Shown one piece after another: positions 10,736 to 24,039 of a stretch of DNA of 64,000 nucleotides. Source of the DNA: Marsupella aquatica. Lineage: Eukaryota > Plantae > Marchantiophyta. The stretch's first letter is position 1. Every line of letters begins with the position of its first letter. A program made the position numbers and the translations under genes. The stretch lies in NCBI GenBank assembly GCA_973895155.1, contig OZ316891.1, positions 25,481,899-25,545,898 of the forward strand, read 5' to 3'. The notes beneath the pieces are model-generated. The model saw only the letters and a program-made list of their open reading frames with translations. It searched no databases and was not told the origin of the DNA.

Positions 10736-13727
10736 GTGCATAACTTCAGGGTAGTTAAGGCGCATTCCCAAGTAAGATTGTTGATATATATTGTGAAACA
10801 GTTACGGAAAATGAAAATGCAGATACTTAAATATTCACAAACTCAAAAATCGAGATCTTCACTACACTGAACTGAATGACAAGGCATCATCATTGTCAAC
10901 AAAACCAGGTCAAAAAACCATTCACAATCCATCTTTAATAAAACTTTGGTATGACAAATATCTTCTGGAATGAGATTGCATCTGAAATTGACCATGAGTC
11001 ATTGAGAATCCTCTGATTCCAAATCATCTGAGGAATTACTAGGATCGCTACTGGACTCCCTATCAGTCTCCTTAGCCGAACTGTCAACATACTGTGCTAC
11101 AGTCCCAGCCTCATCATCTATGAACTGAGGGCAGTAAAGGGCTTTCCGAACACCCCTAACTGACCGCAGACCTTTCCCCTCCCAAGTCAAAACGACGGGC
11201 GCTTCATCAACCTCCTTTGCAGTCTTTTCAGCATAGCATGGAAGCGCAAATCCCTTCTCAGGGGTCACAAGAAAATGATCCTCGATTTCTTTCCAAAGAC
11301 GGAATCTCTCCTCCGAAAACCAATCCGAACGCCTATCATTGAAGAAATCACCAGAATCGGATCAATACTACACATCCAAAAATTCTATAAACAAAAGAAA
11401 AACACCAAATAGAGAGTTCTACATCAAAGGCCAAGTGCTTTACTCCAAGTCGAATTCATCCTTCTCGTCTGAAGGTCCTCCTTGATCATCTCCTGGGATG
11501 GTGAACTCATCATCCGACCCTTCATCATTGGGATCATCATTTTTCGGGTCTGCGGCCCCTTTCAACTTTTGGGCATGTCTATCCAACACATTTGCCAAAG
11601 TTCTTTGCGCACACAGATGAAGAATGTCTCGATCTTCAACACCAACAACAAATCTCCCAGCGTATTCCCCAGCGGCAAAAGCACTTCCATCTCCAATAGT
11701 CCAGTCAATGACAATGTCCTTTGGCAAAGAAAGGATCTCCATTACGGCTTGCAAGAACCCAATTGACAATCTATTGGAACCTGCAAAAGCCGCCCTGGGA
11801 CTGGGATCAGTTTTTGGGTAGCAAACACTCAACATCGATTTATGGCGGGCATCCTCCGAGGAAGTCATTGGAACATATCCTGTATGTTTCGGGACTTTTG
11901 CCGAGAATTCCACCTTGCAGAAGACATCCATAATGAGAGTAACCACCTGAATTGAAAACAATAATATGTAAGAAATGGGCACTTTTGGTTAGCGAGTTCT
12001 CTAGCAAAAATTGCACAAAAATTATGCAGGATATCTTACCTCGATGTCCATATCTGCCTGATACAAAGGAGATGAAAGCAAAACTGAATACTGCCGGACA
12101 TGTTTAAATTTGTTCTTCTGCTCGACGGCAGAATTTTTTTGCCTCATATGGTTATAGTCAGAGCTGTGAAGAACTGTGACATAACTGTCATCGGCGAACA
12201 TCGGACGCATGACTCCAAAGAACTAATATGGTAATTTCTCACTCCAAACATTCCACTTCGGGACCTCCTGGTCTATGACGCTTGTTCGATGACCCGTGGG
12301 AAGGAATATGAAACCCAAGTGAGCATCAATTCCAGCGTAATGTTTTCCGTTGATCATCACGGCGTTTGGGTGTTCGATCGATTTGCTCATTCCAGACACC
12401 ATTGATCCGCATCGCCCATCCAGGTAGGTCTTACTTTCCTCTGGCTAATTGAGTTTGCAATTTCCATGAGATTGCTCTTCGCCAAGAAATGCCTCTCACC
12501 ATCCTTCTTAAGACCACACATTCGTGCTACTCCTTGCGCGACGCATGCTTCCTCCTCATCCGAGTCGGAGAGAATTTGGACATTGCGCTTCCTCTTTAAA
12601 CGCTTGATTGAACCCAGGTCCATAGCAGATTTTGTTGTGACCTCAACATCAGGAGACTTGGGTTCTTCTCCATCATCCGCCCCACTCTTCAAACTGCCAG
12701 AGGCTGCAACCTTTCTCTTCTCTGAAAAACATGTTAATGTCAGACAGGTGACTGAGACAAAATTACTCCGAATGAGGTATGAAAAAAAGAGGAGAAAAAG
12801 ACTTACTTTGCTTCCCAGACAAGACTGATCCATCTTTGGACGTGTCCTTCATTGGCACCTTCCAAGGTCTCCTCGATCTACTCCGATCGACAATGGCAGC
12901 TACACCAAGAACAACTTTCTCCATTGCCTCACATCCGCCAACCTCGGCTTCTGCAGGAGCTAATTTGGACTCTGTAATGTATGACTCTGGTATCAAGCCT
13001 CGATTTATCATATGAAATGTTGCCTTCTCTGCTGTGTCAAATGTCACTGCCCATTTGTCTGATTCTAAATACCATGGATAGTGAAGGACTTCCCACTCAC
13101 TCATCTTCCTTGGAGCCTCCACTCCCTCACATGGGTACATCGAGTACTCTCCATATTTAACGGAGGTTGGATCCTCTTTCACTCTTGCTATCCAAGGCGA
13201 GAAGCAAGCAGGATAGGACCACCAATATGTTTTGTCAGCAACTTCTCTATCCACAAAAAAACGATATGTATATCTCTTCGCCCTCCTCCGAAAAAGTGAG
13301 ATGTCAATCTTCTCACCCGACTTTGGTGGCCAAATCTGTTTGAAAAAACGAGATTTCACTCTCGTTTGGAAATCTTCAAAGTCCTCCTCTATGTCAAGGA
13401 TCAGCGATGGCTTTGTCTTCTCAGACGAAGTAAGGATCCTTGCATCTGGAACAGTTGGGATCATCTCTGAAATAATCTCAGACATGAGCGAAGAACAAAT
13501 TGACTCAACCTGCTCCCATACAGCCCATCGGTGAAGCCAAAGTTTTGTTTCGCTGTCCGAGAATTGACCAGGGTGGAAGTACTTCTTGCAAAGCTCAGGT
13601 CTGCATTGTGCCTCGAGGAGTACACATCTGAGCTCCGGAGTCAACGACGAGACACCCGTAAATAGCCTCGCATGATTGAGACCACATGACACATTACCCC
13701 TTCCTTTATTGTCTGTTCGTTGGGCCT

Positions 13728-16700
13728 TGTGATGCCTAGCCAGGAATCACTAGGCTAGTTTAAAGTGGAAAAGGGTAGAGTACCCTAGAAACACATTAGT
13801 ATAGTTACAAAAATAAGGAAAATATAAACAATTAAGGGTGACTATGGAACCCGAGCCGAGGCCGGAGGTGAGGACACCAGGGGAGAGAACACGATTAGGG
13901 TTAGGGCACGCTAAGTGCCGGCGGCTAGGGGTCACGACCGAAAGACAGACGCTGAGGAGAAGAGGGGTAAGGACCGCTCGCGAGGAGTTGTGGCTGATTT
14001 TACAGGCACGAACTGGGCAGACGACTACGTGAGGCCAACTACTGTCAACTGCTTAGGCAGGTACTCAGGGTGGGAGCAGATACCAACTATCAACTTGAGA
14101 AGGGTATGAGCAACGTCAATCAAGCAACACATTTTGGGGGATGCCTGTTCGAACGGGCAACTGGGTACATTGGGACTTACGAGGACGAAGAATCGGAGAG
14201 AGCAGCTCGAGAATGGCAGGAGCTTGCTCGATTGTGGGAGCTGCAGAAAGCTACCTTATTAGGAGGAGAACTCATCAAGGCCGAATTCTTGTGGACTCCT
14301 ACCGGTAACGAGCTAGACGACCTGCTATTTTGCGAAGACAGAGTCGTCGGCATCCGCAAAGCCATCAAACGCTGCAACGACATACACTGGGAGTTGAAGG
14401 GTAGCACAGAGGGGTGGACAAAGGCAACCGTGCTAGGAGAGACATCCACGGCAGCCAAGATGAAGAGAAAGGGAAACAACAACGAAGGGGCCACCCCGGC
14501 AAAAAGAATGAGGTCGGCGGCACCAAAGAAGCCAGCCGAACAGCAGAACAGGAGGCAGAGCAAAGCCGAGGAGGAGGAGGTCGACCCCATCAACGCCGTT
14601 CCAACGAGAGATGACACCTGGAAAGGCTGGGCGGCGATCCTCCCCGAGGAGGTCCAATTACACTTTGCAAGGGAGGAGGATGCATGCTTTACAGCTATGC
14701 AGACTCGGAAATATCAGGGCTTCATGGCCGGATCCGGCTTGGAGGCCTTCGTAAGGTTACCGTGGCTGAAGCCGGAGGTACCGAATTCAGACTTCCTTGA
14801 ATTCGTGGGATCATGGGAGTCCGAGACCAATTCCACACGGGTGTATGGGAAGGATTTCTATCTCACTCCCCAGGTGATTGCCGAAGTGTTTGGCTTGCCA
14901 ATGGGCAATAAGACCAAGGTAGATACCAGGAAGACCTTGCCAGACACGGAGTTTAGGTTGTTTCCAGGGCCTTCAACAAAGAATGGCTTCTTTCGTAACA
15001 CCTGCACCAACCCGCATATAGGTGAGATGATCAATTTCTTGCGGGTGACCATGCATTGCAACTGGCCAAGACCAGAGATCGGCAAGGCACAGGTCTATCT
15101 GGCAGAGAGGCCAGACCCCAGCCGGGACTACAACGGTTACCTCCTCACTCAACTAAAGAAGATCTTGAAGGAGGAACAGCTGGTGATCGGCAAGGGAAGC
15201 GTGTCCCGGCTTGGCTATCACATGCCGCTATTGTGTCGGTATGCCCGAAGTAAGACCTTTGCCCTGGTACTTCCCCTACAGGCAAGGGCACCCGAGGAGG
15301 TTCCGGAACAGAGGCCGGCAATGGAGAAACCCAACCCGCCCGACAGTCCTACAATCGAGCAGGTGTTTAGGCCAAGGACGGAGGACTTGCCGATGCAGCA
15401 ACCAGGCATGCAGAACCTGCTGAAATTGCTGGAGAGAGAAAAGAGAACAGCAACGACAACGGCAACGGCAACAATACAGGACACTGCTCCAGAGGTTGGC
15501 CTAAACCGGCTTACAAAGGAAAACCCCTTTACTAGAGTCAAGGAGAGAAGGAGGCCGGAACACGAGCCGGGAGTCCGGATGTATGTAGGAGCCTCTAGTC
15601 CCAAAGCCGAGGGGAAGCAGGCCGTAGCTCCCGGCCACGACAAGGAGAAGAAGAGATCAACACGGGAGCCGGAGGAGGAACCAAGACCGATAAGAGGTAA
15701 AGCCATGTTCACAACAAAACCAGGAGAACGGCGGGAGACGCCGGTAGTCCAAGCCGAGGAGGAGGTGGTGGATTACAGCAATGATGACTCTGGCTATGGG
15801 TCGGATCATCATGTTCTAGGAGTAAGGACTTGTGGTCGCTTCATCCCCACGCTCCCAAGAGTAGTCCGAGGGGACCCCAACCAGCAGAGTAGCCCCAAGT
15901 CTCCCCCACCAGAGATTGCTCCCCCGAGCTTTGACGGCATAAAGCAGACGGCATAGGAATTTCAAGAGCGACTTAGGGAGGATGACGAAGCAGCCCTGGC
16001 TAGGGAGAAGGATTTACCAGGAGGAGATTGGCCGGAGGACATCAGGCGGCTTGCCAAAAAAAGAAGCAACCCTCCTGCCACCATAGAAGAAATACGCAAG
16101 ACGGCTTGGGAGCAGAGGCCGCGATGGATAATGCCGATGACTTCTACTTCCTCCACCTATGCTAAAGATAGAGCCATGGAGTACGGGGAGATGTGTGGGG
16201 AATTGGCGCTCAGCATCTTTGGGGAGGAGTTGGAGCAGGGACCCTTTTTCCAGAGGGAGATGTTGGAGAAACGCCAATTAGAAGAAGCGATGGCCTTGGA
16301 AAGAAGCAAGAAGGACGAGGTCATCCGTCGGCTTAGGGCAAGGGAAGCCAAAATCAAAGACCTAAGGGCGGCCAAGAAAGCCCAAGATGAGTTGCGGATT
16401 AAGCTGCATGAGCTAAATATCATGCAGGGCCAGTTAGATACCGCACAATCAGATAACCGGATAATCGAGAATAAACTGACGCGGACCCAAGGAGAGTTGG
16501 CCGATGCGATCAAAGAGCGGGAGAAGTGGAAGCGAGAACTGAGGGATGCAGAGGAGGCCCACATAACAGCCAACAATCGGGCCATGGCAGAGACCCAGAG
16601 AAGGGAAAGGGCGTTGAAGGGGGAGCTCGAGGATATCCGTGGAGCCCTTGAGCAGAAGGAGGCCGAGTTAGGGAAATCCTATCAAGGGATTATTGCGCTG

Positions 16701-18408
16701 CAGCAGGAGCTTGCGTCCCTGACGGCCAGCTTCAAGGCCGACCTACGGGAGAAAGACGACCAGCTCGACCAGACTTATGCCCAGATGAATAAGATGGAGT
16801 CTGTGGTCGTAACGGAGCTTGACAAAGAACTAAGAGCAACCCAAGAGGAGAGGGCTACCTTGAAAAAGGAATTGAAGGAAGCCCACAGGGAGCTGGAGGA
16901 ATCCCAGAAAGAACTGGAGGAGGCACGCAAGGACCTGAACGAGGTGCAGGAGGAGTTGGAGGAAAGCACACGGAGGCTGGAGAACTTACAACGACGAGCC
17001 AACAACCAAACAGAGCGGCTGAAGAAACAAGCCGCATTATTTAAGTGCTTGGCTTCATCAGGCCCAACTCCACTTAGGGCAACCAAGCTACCAGGAGTGG
17101 TACTGGCTGAAGGACAAGCCGTGCCACTTGCACCAGTGCCGGAAGTAAGTGGGAAGGGGAAGGGACCAGCTGCCGAACCAGAGAAGAAGAAGAAGCGGAA
17201 AACTTCTGGGTCAAGGAGTATTGCGGCTCCACAGGCCGAGGTGACCGAGGAGGTAAACCCAGCACCGACCCCAGGCAGGGTCACGGCAGAGGATCCAACT
17301 ACCCTAGAAGAAGGGGATGCCGAAGCCGTGGCAAAGGCCGAAGCCGTAGCTGATGCCGAAACCGATGTCAAGGCTGAAGCCGGGGGTGGACCCAGTCAGG
17401 CCGATGAAGAGTTGACTCGGTCAAGGGCAGGTAATCTATCAGTAGACGGGCCAACGGCAGTGGCTGAGGAGGAAACGTTGGGGGCATCCACTGAGGAACA
17501 GACACCGCTACCATGACGGTGGTGGAGGGCCGCTCCTTTCAAGGAGGGCAGACGTGGAGGGAGGAGGCGTGAGTGGGCAGGGCGGGCTCAGATCTCTAAG
17601 TTTAGGATTAGGATCAGGTTCAGGAGGCGGCCCTGACACTTAGCTTAGTGGGATTGCGGTTCCACTGGTAAGAGCAACACTTGTACTTCTGCCTCGCTGT
17701 ACATAGGTAGATTCAGTTAGGTAGATTAGGCTTATGCTGCAAAGAATTAGGCGGATCCACTATCAGGATAAATACTTGGGCAGCGGGGAGCTAAGGGCCT
17801 CTTCCTTAGCAAGTTTTTAGTTGCACCAGCCGGGCTGGGATCAAGTAGTAAGAGAAGCTCTCGGTTAGTCATACAGTGATCCTTGTATATATTCATGTTT
17901 CCTCATGCCTAAGAGCTGAATAGAGTTGGCCTCACGGCTTAGTTCGTAGAGCTTGTGTATGAGATGTACTGTTTGTATGGCAAGTGCATGGTATGACTCA
18001 GTCAGAAGGAGTCATTTTGCTATTTGTGTGTCGCATTAACTTGTGTGAAGAGTGCCCACATCAAAGGAAAGTAAGCAAGGGAGTGAGAGTTGGATGTGTC
18101 AAGCTGAGAGAGGTCTTAGCGGCTTAACCAAGCCTATTGGGGATCATTCCGGCGGCGGAATCCAAACATACCTAACCAGACGGAGGGGAAGACAAGGGAA
18201 GGCCTAGATTAGGCCGGCTACGTATCTCATGACCCAATGAAGGATCTGTCTAGTATATGTGTGTAAAATGTTAATAGTAGTAGAGGAGGAGGTTAGCAGC
18301 GTCCCATGCCGCTAAGCCACGAAAACGGCCTCTTCAAGCATGAAACCTGCGGGAATCGGCTTGCGCTGGGGGGTTTCTTGGGTTTAGGGAGCCATGGGGC
18401 GCACCACA
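13728..18408 (+). mobile_element. 4681-bp solo-LTR-like element, copy 1
   Basis: Termini TGTGATGC...GCACCACA; 5-bp TSD GGCCT at 13723-13727 and 18409-18413; colinear with 47659-52374. Confidence 0.9.
14070..17516 (+). pseudogene. ~1148-codon ORF: putative plant-transposon accessory domain + long coiled coil; one premature TAG
   Basis: 14070-15956 and 16131-17516 share a frame; TAG at 15954-15956 is CAA/CAG-type Gln in copy 2; EFVGSW...TRVYGKDFYLTPQVIAEVFGLP resembles LTR-retrotransposon extra-ORF domains; first ATG at ~14106. Confidence 0.75.
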
Positions 18409-20324
18409 GGCCTCCTTCCTCTCATGTTTGCAGTAGTTGTGCATCTCAACACACTTCTGGAAAAAGTCACCAAACTCAGGTTTCAAGAGAGGTCCAATCT
18501 TTGGCACCTTCACATTCCAATCTGCCAGTTGCTCCTTCATCATGTCTTTCACTGCCATGTCTTGCGCAGCTTTTGAAAGAGGTTCTCCTTGCGCTTCTTT
18601 CAACTGAAACTTCTTCTTCAAATCTTCCGTCTGCGCTGCAATATTAGCAGCAGACAGAATGTACGTGCAGGCATCGAGTGTCATGTTCTTCGAATACCAA
18701 GCCGGTTTCCTGATATTTGCCATCTTTTGCTGGAAAAGTTTGTAGTTGTCTGCATCGATGATATCTTTGTATACAGAAAGGTCATTACTGAGCACCTTGT
18801 GGACTCTCTCTACTTCAAGGACCCAAGAATTCTCAACGTGACATTGAGTCAACCTGAACAAAAGAAACAGGTCAGTGAGATCGCTAACAAGAGGAAATGA
18901 AAGATTTTATATAGAGTTCACAGCTTGAAGGAAAAGAAACAAACCTATTTAGCGCATGCATTGCCGACTCAATCTGCACGAATGAGTTCTTGTCACCCTT
19001 GAAAATTCGGCAAACAACTCGAGGATGATATTTGACATCATGGGGATTCTCGTCCGCAAGCTGCATCCATGAGTACAGACAATGATTTCCATCGAAAACA
19101 CAGAACATTTTGTCTTTCAAAATTTTGAAAGCTTCGTGAGAATCACATTCCCTCTCGAATTCTTTATTCTGAAGAATCCACATGTCATCCCATGACTCCC
19201 AAATCACATCCTCGCACATTTGGACAAGGCCATCTTCGCCGGTTATTTGGACGTAAAATTGAGGTGCATCTTCGATGTATCCCTGCGTCCGGAATTCATT
19301 CTTGAGTGTCTCAATCGCAGTCGAGTTTGTTTGCAAGGACCAAAGGATCTACATGTTTTGCATTCTGCAAAGGGGAATCCTTGGAGGAGCGAGCGGGAAT
19401 CCAAATTCATCATTTCCAAAAGGGAAAAGATGGCGATTGATGACAACAAAATAGGGTTCCGAAGCTCCAGGTTGAAACGTTGGATTCACAACATCTACTT
19501 GGTTCACCATCTTGGGCCTCCTCGTTGTTTTCAATCCCGCCTGGAGCGCCTTCTTGTTCACTGTAGACCTTGTCTCCCTTCGGCTTGACTCGACTGACTT
19601 GAAAGATCCTATTGATGACAAGCTCTCGGGTGAAGACAATGGCTCCATCAGGGGGTCCGTGAAGTGATAAGGGTATGAACAGGTCAAGGTCGAGGGCGAC
19701 ACGCTTTGCGAACATAAAGAAACCCAAGAATCAATCTTCCAATCAAAGACAAAATCGTACCCTCGTCTATTGCTTTCACCTGAATGCTGCGCCCGGTCGT
19801 GAAAAGAGATACAGATATTCTGTACGACTCTCCTCGCAATCATTTTTCAGACACCGTCAGGTATACATGTACTTCCGGAAATACGAACCACCGAACTCAC
19901 GATTGAAAGAAAAGTATCTAATGACAAAGAGACAGGTGTCCGGTATTGTACCGTACCGTTGACATATAGGTACCCGTTGACCAATTCCAACGGATATAAA
20001 CGGTCAGAATGGTCTCTTATGAGAAACTATTTTTGCTAGTGACATTGCTAGCCAAAAATTGACCACTAAATACATGAACTCATGAAGGGTGTTTTGTAAG
20101 GATTTGAACAATTTTACTTGGTTCATTGAGCTAGCAAGATTGCTAGCTTTATCATTCCATAAATAGTGTCATATAAGACAAAATAACGGTCAGATAACGG
20201 GAATAAGAGGCATTTATTAAATAAATACGTTGAGTCCAACACCTACACAAGGACGTTTCCTCATATGTATTTGAAGAAAGAAGAGAGAAAAGTATCTCAC
20301 ATTTGAGGATTGTTGTAGACTGTA

Positions 20325-23300
20325 ATGTCCAAAACTTCCAGCATGTCTTCATTGGGATCGAAGGTTGTGATCGAGAGAAAGACGACGGGTGATGTTGTTG
20401 TTCTGGATGTTCCAGAGAATACTATTATCTCTGTCAAGGAGTCTTTTCTCTCATCGAGGTTTGGGCTTTTGAAAGATGATTTCATCTGGAAGTTGTTCGT
20501 TCTTTACTCTCGGGATGGAACCAGAAGTCACGAGGTGTCGGATAATGGTTCAGGAATATTGCCAGAAAGAGCTTGGGACCTGAAGTGTGGTTCAGATGTA
20601 GAGCTAGTCTCATGTAAGGATGACATTGCACATATCAATGTTTCCGATCCAGAATCCCCGACTCGCCCGTCACCTGCAGTACCAGAAATTATTGACATCT
20701 CCCCTGAGAGTGTGGGTAGGGATCTCTCTTCTGTGTCGACAAAGTCTTCTGAGAAATCCGTTTTTGAAGCAGTGAGTCAAAATGAGTTTCAATCTCAGCT
20801 AGTTCTTTATCGAGTTAGTGCATATGATGCCTTCCTCAATATTACTGGGTCAAGCGAGTTGGCAAATTTCCGCAGGGGAAACGATTGGAAGGAGATTCAA
20901 GTGCAAACTTTGCCCACTTCATACAACGGAAACTGCATTTTTGAGCTTCCTCCGGTCGAAGGTCAATTTCGTCGAGGATATGGTCTTCAGGACATGGATA
21001 GGGATAATGACGGCTATCCATGGACGAGACTTCTCACAACTTCAGCTAATCTCAAACCTCACAATCACTGGTCTGTGTCAAAAGTCAGATGTGCCGGTGT
21101 ACTTGAATGTCAAAATCTGGTCTGTCAAAAGTTGAAGCACACCGGTTCAAAAAATGACTCTTCTTTTCGAGGAAAGGGACAATTTACTGAGCCGTTTCAT
21201 CTTGGTGAGCTTGTGGAGGAAGGAGGGTTGGTGTGCGGATTCTGTGAGGAGAGGCCTCTCTGCATCCGTGAATGTCTGGCTAAGCTTTTGTACATCTATC
21301 CTAAGCCGTCTCTTGAGTCAAATGTTGCAAAACATATGTCTCGATTGGCTGTTCACATGGGTTTCCATGACCACGTTGTTTGGAAGGGGAAATCTCGATT
21401 GGCAAAAAAGCAGGCGGAGGAGATAGTTTATGGTGTTCATAAAGCGAATCCCGTATGTACCCCAGGGCGTGTTCTTAACAAGTCTATAGGAAACCTGGTT
21501 TCTCTTTTGCATCCAGAGTCTTCTTCAGAACTATCAAAAGAAGAAGAGAGAGAGATTTGGGAATCGATGAAGGTTGTGTCCACTATTGAGAAATTCCAGG
21601 CCATATTCCGGAGCGTGAAAATGGATAACCCAAAAAAAGGTGAGTTGGATTCTCTTCGTGAGATGCAAGCACGGAATAATTTTCCTTACGTTCAGAGGTA
21701 CCTTTTCCCTGGGCAGGGGAGCAAGACCAATAGGGCTCATGTCTTCAAAATGAGTACAAATGGCCCCGGTTCTGGTGTCGATATTCTCAGGCAGATGAAG
21801 AGTGGAGGTGAGCTGGAAGGAGCATGGGTCAGTTCTGATGTAATGCGTAGAATAAGCACTGGGTGGCTGACTTTCAGCGCCCATGTGTACGACCATAATT
21901 ACAGGACCCTTTGTACCATCTTCACTTGTGAGCTCCGTGCGGAGGACTCCTTATCTCTTGAAACCGCATGGAGATATATGATTGAAGTTGCCTCTGATCA
22001 TGATGTGCATGACCCACTCATTGGAGGATTTATTGCCGATAATGCCAAGGCTGGATGGATCGCCATTCGGAATGTTTTTTTTTGAGGTGTCCGTCACCCA
22101 CAGAAGGAGCACAGTGACACCTTTCACTTTGCTCAATCTCTTCGTTGTCACACATTGGAGGGTATTTGGGAAGATCACCATCGAGAGCACTATAAACTGT
22201 GGGAAAGGCTGAGAACAGCACCAACATATGTTCAGGCCTACCGTGTTGCTGACAAAATCCATCGTTGGTGGAAGGAAGGAAACTGCTATGCTGGGAAATT
22301 GAAGTCTCTCCAAGGATGGTTATCTTGGTGGGTCGTGAGGTGGAGGCAGTGGGGGAACTTCATCCGCGTTGTAAGTGTCATGTTTCATTTCTATTTGACA
22401 TCATTGTTTTTGCTAGCGACCTCGCTAGCATATCAGGTCTGACTGGGGACTACTTTTTTGCAGACGCAAACCGCAATGGAGTCAACCTTGATGCCAAATT
22501 GTACTGGAGCGGAATCAGTCCATGCATCCATGAGATCCTGCCAAATGAAGAAACTAGTGGGATTGATTGAAGCATGTGAGGTGGACCAGAATCATGTTGC
22601 GGGGCAAATTGCTGCTTTTACTGCCTACAGTGAAGGTGTTCACAGAGGCCAGGGGCCGACCATTTTTGAATTAGCATATAGGAACGCCGATGCTATGGGA
22701 TCCATGGATGCTTACAAAAAGGCAGCAAATCTTTTGCTCGAGTCTTCAGCTAAGTATGAATTCTATAGAACAGTTCCATTACATGGCGATCTCCGAACAA
22801 CATCCACAAAGAGGAAAGGGAAAGCTTCAACTGTAATCCACAAGAATGACTCCCACAGACATGACAAGGTGTCACGCACAACAGCTTCTCCTTTAGGACT
22901 AAAAAGTCGTAATCTCTATCCTGAATTTCGCTTCGTCAATGTTTTGGAGACTTCGCGGACCCAGAAATAGCAAATAATACAACTTCGGCAACACCTGTCG
23001 GAGGTTGTTCTACTGGAGTTATCCATATTTCAGATGACGATGGTGATGATGCAAGTCGTAATGTCAATGATACCGTGAAGATGGGGACTCAACCTTCGTG
23101 TGATGTCAGGGATGACCATCGGGATGCCCCCCAAAGGATCCCTTCCATCCGAGAGGTTGATGTTCCTTATGGGACCTGGCATCTCAGGCGGAGCGGTAGA
23201 GGTGCTGGACCTGTTTGCAATGGGTTGGTTGACCGAAGCATTTTTGGAAGAGATGAATGTAGAAATCTCATCAAGGAGACTGGATGTAAGTCCACGCAAG

Positions 23301-24039
23301 GGGAAATTGTTGGAGTCACCATTCACGGGTTGTGATTATCGTCTCCACATCGCCAGTTGTTGTACTTCTATCCTAACAATAAGTGTCACAAGAGCCGAGG
23401 ACGCAGAACTCTAGCTCAACTACCCCCCCCCCACCCTAGTCGCTCAAGGTTCAGCGTGGGACTTGCCTCTCCCATCCCGAGATAGAGTTTCTCCTGGGAT
23501 TAGGATTCCAGATCAGTGGACTCTCCTATGTGGATGCAAATCAAGTTGGAGAGTTCCCGTCCCCCAATCGGGTCAACCTACGAATTGATGTTAACTCATT
23601 CCCCGAACGAATTGATCTAACTAATGTGGACCGTCGGTTGAAAACCCAAAATGGTAAGGGTGCACGATAGCGTTTCAGCAATACTCCAGAGTTGCTCAAG
23701 CGCATCGTTTCCGCTACACAAGAATACATGAGAGTTGTCGGAAATGAGAAGGTAACTACCGGAAATGGATGGGGTTGGAGATACTTGATCGCCACTCACG
23801 AGACTGATTCACAAGTTCCGCACACATATTGGGTGCAAATCTGTTGTTTCCCTTTGTGTTCTTGTGAAGACTTTTATAAGAGGCATACACGAGGGAAACC
23901 ATACATGTCTTGTAAACATCTGCTGTGGGTGTATTTAAACAAGTTTTCACTCAACCTGGAGAATGACGACCTTGTCAAACAGCCAATTCTGACTGTTGGG
24001 GAAGTGAGGAGTTTAATTCCGTTACAGATAGGGGACTAG
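20325..24039 (+). pseudogene. MULE/Mutator-type DDE transposase with N-terminal GCM-like Cys/His cluster and C-terminal SWIM finger
   Basis: CAGVLECQNLVC...CGFC...HMGFHDH; candidate triad SSD / GFIAD / AES, with xTFH at the CxxH position; intron ~22371-22463; SWIM CSCEDF-x12-CKH; in-frame TGA at 22083 and later frameshifts. Confidence 0.75.

Larger units (their letters stand above)
10999..19648 (-). pseudogene. Multi-exon ParB/Sulfiredoxin-like + C-terminal N4/N6 amino-methyltransferase-like gene, split by a 4.7-kb insertion
   Basis: ATG at 19648; FCVFDGNHC at ~19090 (ParB DGxHR-like); GT-AG introns 18854-18944, 12722-12806 and 11947-12039; frame restored across the insertion (ERKEA|QRTDNKG); C-terminal LSLPKDIVIDWTIGDGSAFAAGEYAGRFVVGVE; in-frame stops at ~19350 and ~12224; frameshift at ~12390. 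Confidence 0.65.

Noticed and set aside
14177-17371. Antisense and alternate-frame ORFs inside the LTR-like elements
   Set aside because: Shadows of the long coding frame, with no independent motifs
18334-18408. C-terminal CGAPHGSLNP... of ORF 18334-18861
   Set aside because: Read-through into the inserted element; the true exon continues at 13722
10999-19648. Bacterial or phage contamination as the source of the ParB/MTase-like gene
   Set aside because: The gene has GT-AG introns and carries a plant-type TE insertion
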